The notes under the pieces were generated by a model, which had not been told where the DNA came from, searched no databases, and saw only the letters and a list, made by a program, of their open reading frames with translations. The translations under genes and the position numbers were made by a program. 64,000 nucleotides of DNA from Thermodesulfobacteriota bacterium (GTDB lineage: Bacteria > Desulfobacterota > Desulfarculia > JACQYL01), in assembly GCA_963675595.2 (NCBI GenBank), contig CAXXLZ010000002.1, positions 1,856,001 through 1,920,000 on the forward strand, given 5' to 3'. Below, in pieces: positions 60,475 through 64,000 of this stretch (position 1 is its first letter; each line of letters begins with the position of its first letter).

Positions 60475-61116
60475 ATGTTGTCGATGAAGAAGATGGTGGT
60501 CTGTGTGCCGGTTCTCCTGATGTTGTTCTGCCTCCCCGCTGCGAACGCCGAGGTCTGGATCGACGGCTGGCCGGGCGCCGAAGGCTATGATTCCACCGAA
60601 GGCCAAGGCCTGTTTTACGGAATTCTGGAGTATAGCGCCACGAGCGACACCGAGGCGCAATTGACCGTGACCCTGTTCAATTTCAGCGACCCCGCCAATG
60701 GCGGTTACATCACGGGCTTCGCTTTGAACAACCCGGGAGACCGCATTGAAGAAGTCTATGCGGCGGACGATTTCCCGGCCAATTTTCAGCTGCTCAATAC
60801 CAAAATGAAACCCGATGCCGTCAAGTGCGTGCCTTACGGGCTTTTCGATTTCGGCGCGGCTCTGGGAGGCAACTTCTTGGGCGGCGGCAGCCCCCTGGGC
60901 GGTATTCCCACCGGCGTAGAGGGCGCGACTCAGGTGTTTACGTTCATCCTGTTCGGTCACGACATGGATCAAATGAACGAGTGGTCCTTCGTGGCTGAGC
61001 TTTCCAAAGCCAAAGGCGGCGAAGGAACCTCCTTTTTCGTCGTGCGTTTCAAGGGATTCGAGGACGACAGCAGCGACAAGACCCTGGCGGGAATTTACTT
61101 CGGCTGGGGAGAGTAA
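60475..61116 (+). CDS. hypothetical secreted Gly/Phe-rich protein
   Basis: AGGAGG upstream, signal peptide ending ANA, beta-rich low-charge composition. Confidence 0.75.
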   Translation: MLSMKKMVVCVPVLLMLFCLPAANAEVWIDGWPGAEGYDSTEGQGLFYGILEYSATSDTEAQLTVTLFNFSDPANGGYITGFALNNPGDRIEEVYAADDFPANFQLLNTKMKPDAVKCVPYGLFDFGAALGGNFLGGGSPLGGIPTGVEGATQVFTFILFGHDMDQMNEWSFVAELSKAKGGEGTSFFVVRFKGFEDDSSDKTLAGIYFGWGE

Positions 61117-61233
61117 TGCCGTGCCGGTTTCCGGCACTTGAACAAAACTCCGCTTAACCTCTAAACTCTCAATGGTTCGGCAAGAACCACCTCCACTCCC
61201 TCTTCAAATCCACGACCCGTGGATTCCAGACCC

Positions 61234-61265
61234 GAGGCCCGGCGCGACCGGGCCTCACTTTTTTT
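61234..61265 (+). terminator. intrinsic terminator between convergent genes
   Basis: GAGGCCCGG-CGCGA-CCGGGCCTC, then AC and a T run. Confidence 0.65.
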
Positions 61266-61303
61266 CCGGACAAGCCGCTTTCCCTGCATTCCCTTTCAGA
61301 ACA

Positions 61304-62200
61304 TTACCCCGACCGGCTTTTTCCCGTCAGGGCCTCGAACCCGGAAATCACGTCCATCAGTTCACCGGTGATCGCGCTTTGCCGCTGCACGTGGTAATCG
61401 TGTTGGAGCCCGTCCAACTGTTCCGAAATATTCTTTTCCGCGCGCTGCATGGAAGCCAGGCGGGCGGCGTTTTCACCGGCCAGAGACTCGGCCATGGTGC
61501 GGTATACGGTGACGAACAGAAGTTGACGGGCCAAGTGTCCGGGCAGGAGAGCCGGATCGCCGTAGTAGGCGGGAAGCATTCGGGTGGGCCACGGCCGGTC
61601 CCGAAGCCGTTTCAACCATCCCCAATCCAGGGGCAGCAACTGGGTGGACACCGGCTCGTACGCGGCGCCCGACTTCGGGCGATTGTGAAACAACAGGACC
61701 AGCTCCGCGTCCCGGTTTCGGCTCCATTCATCGATCTGTAGCAACAACTCGTTGGCCCCGGCGGTGATGCCGCTCACGGAAGTCGGGAGAGTGTCGGCAC
61801 GCGCCGCGTCCCGTCCTTTTCTCGCCATACTCGCCGCCGCGCGCGTTCCCATGCACCACACGGTCTCTTCGCGGGAGCCGGAGCCGACCCGGTCGAGTTC
61901 CTCCGCGGCGAGGGAAGCGACCACTTCGTTGAACCGACCGGCCATGCCGTAGTCCGCACCGAAAACTACAGCCAAAACGCGATGAGTCTTCTCACGGCCG
62001 TCCTTGTCCGACAGAAACCCAGGACTGTTTCGCAGCAGTACCTGGAAGCCCGCTTCAATGGTTCCATGATACTCGGAAAGGGAGTCCACCGCCTTCTGAT
62101 ATTGCCGGATACTCACCGCGGCCAACGCCTTCATGGTCTTCACCACCGATTGAAGCTGTTCGGTGGTGTCGATTCTTCGTTTGAGTTCCTCCAGGGGCAT
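61304..62200 (-). CDS. atpG: ATP synthase gamma subunit, N-ATPase type
   Basis: LQSVVKTMKALAA, ENAARLASMQRA, RQSAITGEL..VISGFEAL. Confidence 0.93.
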   Translation of the reverse strand: MPLEELKRRIDTTEQLQSVVKTMKALAAVSIRQYQKAVDSLSEYHGTIEAGFQVLLRNSPGFLSDKDGREKTHRVLAVVFGADYGMAGRFNEVVASLAAEELDRVGSGSREETVWCMGTRAAASMARKGRDAARADTLPTSVSGITAGANELLLQIDEWSRNRDAELVLLFHNRPKSGAAYEPVSTQLLPLDWGWLKRLRDRPWPTRMLPAYYGDPALLPGHLARQLLFVTVYRTMAESLAGENAARLASMQRAEKNISEQLDGLQHDYHVQRQSAITGELMDVISGFEALTGKSRSG

Positions 62201-62204
62201 GGGA

Positions 62205-63737
62205 TCACGCTCCGTTCTTGGAACTCAGCGTTTCCCGAATCGCGGCGAGCAGTTCTCGGCGCTCCTCGTCCTGCAGCTTGTCTCCCGACACCATCTTCCG
62301 CATCACGGATTCGTGTCGGTTCCTGAGCGCTTCCCGGATCAACCTTTCAGAGTCGGCAACGGCGTCCACGGCGAGATCGTCGAACACGCCTTCAACCGCG
62401 GCCAGCAGCACGGCGATCTGCTCGTCCGCGGGTATGGGGTCGTACTGTTTCTGCTTGAACACTTCACGCACCCGCCTGCCGTGTTCCAGAGTCTTCCGAG
62501 TTTCCTCGTCCAGACGAGTTCCGAACCGGGAAAAGCTCTCCAGCTCCTCGAACTGGGAATAGCTGAGCCTGAGGTCCCCGGCCACGGCCCGGTACGCCGG
62601 CAACTGCGTCTTCCCTCCCACTCTGGAAACGGATCTGCCCACATCCACTGCGGGGAGCACGCCTTTCCGGAACAGGGTGGGAGACAGATAGATTTGTCCG
62701 TCGGTGATGGAAATCAAATTGGTGGGAATGTACGCGGAAAGTTGCTGAGCCTGGGTTTCCACAATGGGCAGCGCGGTGAGGGAGCCGCCTCCCCGGTCCC
62801 GGGAAAGGTGCGTCGCCCGCTCGAGCAGGCGCGAATGAATATAAAACACGTCTCCCGGATAGGCTTCCCTGCCGGGAGGACGACGAAGCAGCAAGGAAAT
62901 TTCCCGGTACGCACGCGCATGTTGCGTGAGATCATCATAGATCACCAGGACGTCCCGTCCGTGTTCCATGAAGTATTCGCCCATGGCCGTGGCGGCATAG
63001 GGGGCGAGATACTGCATCCCCGGCGGGTCGTTTCCCTCCGTGACCACCACCGTGGAGTAGGCCAGGGCATCCCGCCTGCGCAGATCGTCGATCACTTTGG
63101 CCACGGAAGACGCCCGCTGGCCCACGGCGCAATAGATGCAAACCACGTCCTTGCCCCGCTGATTGATCACCGCGTCGACGGCGATCGCGGTCTTGCCGGT
63201 TTGCCGGTCCCCCAGGATGAGCTCCCGTTGTCCCCTCCCGATGGGGATCAAAGCATCCACCACTTTCAACCCGGTTTGCAGGGGCACGGTTACCGGATCC
63301 CGATCCATAATGGCAGGGGCGGCGCGTTCCATGGGAAACCGTTGGACGCCCCTGACGGGCTCCCCACCGTCCAAGGGTCTTCCCAACGGGTCCACCACCC
63401 GGCCCAACAAGGACTCCCCCACCGGAACATCCACTTCCCGACCCGTTCGGCGCACCGTGCTTCCCGCCTTGGCCGAAGGAGCGTCTTCAAGCAGGACAAT
63501 GCCCACCTCGTGCGGGTCCAAAGCGAAAGCCAGACCGGGCACGCCGTCGCCCACTACCACCAGCTCTTCGTACTTCACTCCCGGAAGGCCGGCGGCCCGG
63601 ACAATTCCCCCTCCCAAGAAAACGACCACTCCGATTTCTTCAGGGCGCAGTCGAGGCTCCGACTTCCGAACCGCTTCCTCGAAAACGGAAAAAGCCTCAC
63701 CCAGCGCACGCTGCAATGTGTCCGGGGGGGTCTTCAT
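62205..63737 (-). CDS. atpA: ATP synthase alpha subunit, N-ATPase type
   Basis: [35 protein letters not shown]. Confidence 0.97.
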   Translation of the reverse strand: MKTPPDTLQRALGEAFSVFEEAVRKSEPRLRPEEIGVVVFLGGGIVRAAGLPGVKYEELVVVGDGVPGLAFALDPHEVGIVLLEDAPSAKAGSTVRRTGREVDVPVGESLLGRVVDPLGRPLDGGEPVRGVQRFPMERAAPAIMDRDPVTVPLQTGLKVVDALIPIGRGQRELILGDRQTGKTAIAVDAVINQRGKDVVCIYCAVGQRASSVAKVIDDLRRRDALAYSTVVVTEGNDPPGMQYLAPYAATAMGEYFMEHGRDVLVIYDDLTQHARAYREISLLLRRPPGREAYPGDVFYIHSRLLERATHLSRDRGGGSLTALPIVETQAQQLSAYIPTNLISITDGQIYLSPTLFRKGVLPAVDVGRSVSRVGGKTQLPAYRAVAGDLRLSYSQFEELESFSRFGTRLDEETRKTLEHGRRVREVFKQKQYDPIPADEQIAVLLAAVEGVFDDLAVDAVADSERLIREALRNRHESVMRKMVSGDKLQDEERRELLAAIRETLSSKNGA

Positions 63738-64000
63738 CGGACGGCGTCCGAAACCGTCGAAACGGCCGAGTCGTCCCGGGCGGTCCGGTTTTCGTCATCT
63801 TCGAAACCGGTGGGCCTTGCCCCGCTCAATTCTTCGTCCATCATATCCGTCAGGTTTCGTTCGAGATTCTCCACATAGTCTTCCAGACTCCATCCCAATC
63901 TGTGGCCCCCGGATCGAACCCGTATGCCGCAGATCACGTCCGACGAGCTTTCGAAACGGACGTCTCCCTGCACTTTTGGAAACCGCTCTTTCAAAGCGTG
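63734..64000 (-). CDS. atpF: C-terminus of N-ATPase b subunit with fused delta-like domain (partial)
   Basis: VRFE...[18 protein letters not shown] directly upstream of atpA with ATGA overlap and no atpH. Confidence 0.8.
   Translation of the reverse strand, partial: HALKERFPKVQGDVRFESSSDVICGIRVRSGGHRLGWSLEDYVENLERNLTDMMDEELSGARPTGFEDDENRTARDDSAVSTVSDAVR

Overview
High-GC bacterial chromosome segment; gene content and repeat families suggest a Desulfobacterota/deltaproteobacterial anaerobe (inference). 1-16.2 kb is a minus-strand dcw cluster (mraZ to ftsZ, then a radical-SAM gene) that lacks murD and ddl, preceded by mltG, a MenA-like prenyltransferase and a UvrD helicase. 20.9-37.8 kb is mixed: a multiheme cytochrome c, an MCP, a metallophosphoesterase lipoprotein, an Mrr-like nuclease, an O-methyltransferase, an M4 protease with thrombospondin-3 repeats, a DASS transporter, a lone receiver protein, a cold-shock protein, a cupin, tRNA-Lys and tRNA-Glu. 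After the tRNAs comes an accessory region: an AT-richer Ehr (hydrogenase-like, no Ni ligands) operon headed by an Xis-like HTH-PTS EIIA regulator whose promoter carries four 10-bp-phased repeats, a transposase remnant, a HerA-like ATPase, an AAA ATPase + DUF4276-like pair, and a higBA locus whose toxin is split by a 153-bp MITE-like insertion. Amidohydrolase, aldo/keto reductase, AraC, two secreted hypotheticals and the 3' end of an N-ATPase operon (atpF-A-G) close the window. At least three dispersed palindromic repeat families are present. No CRISPR array or integrase was seen. All family calls are from motif recognition, not database searches.
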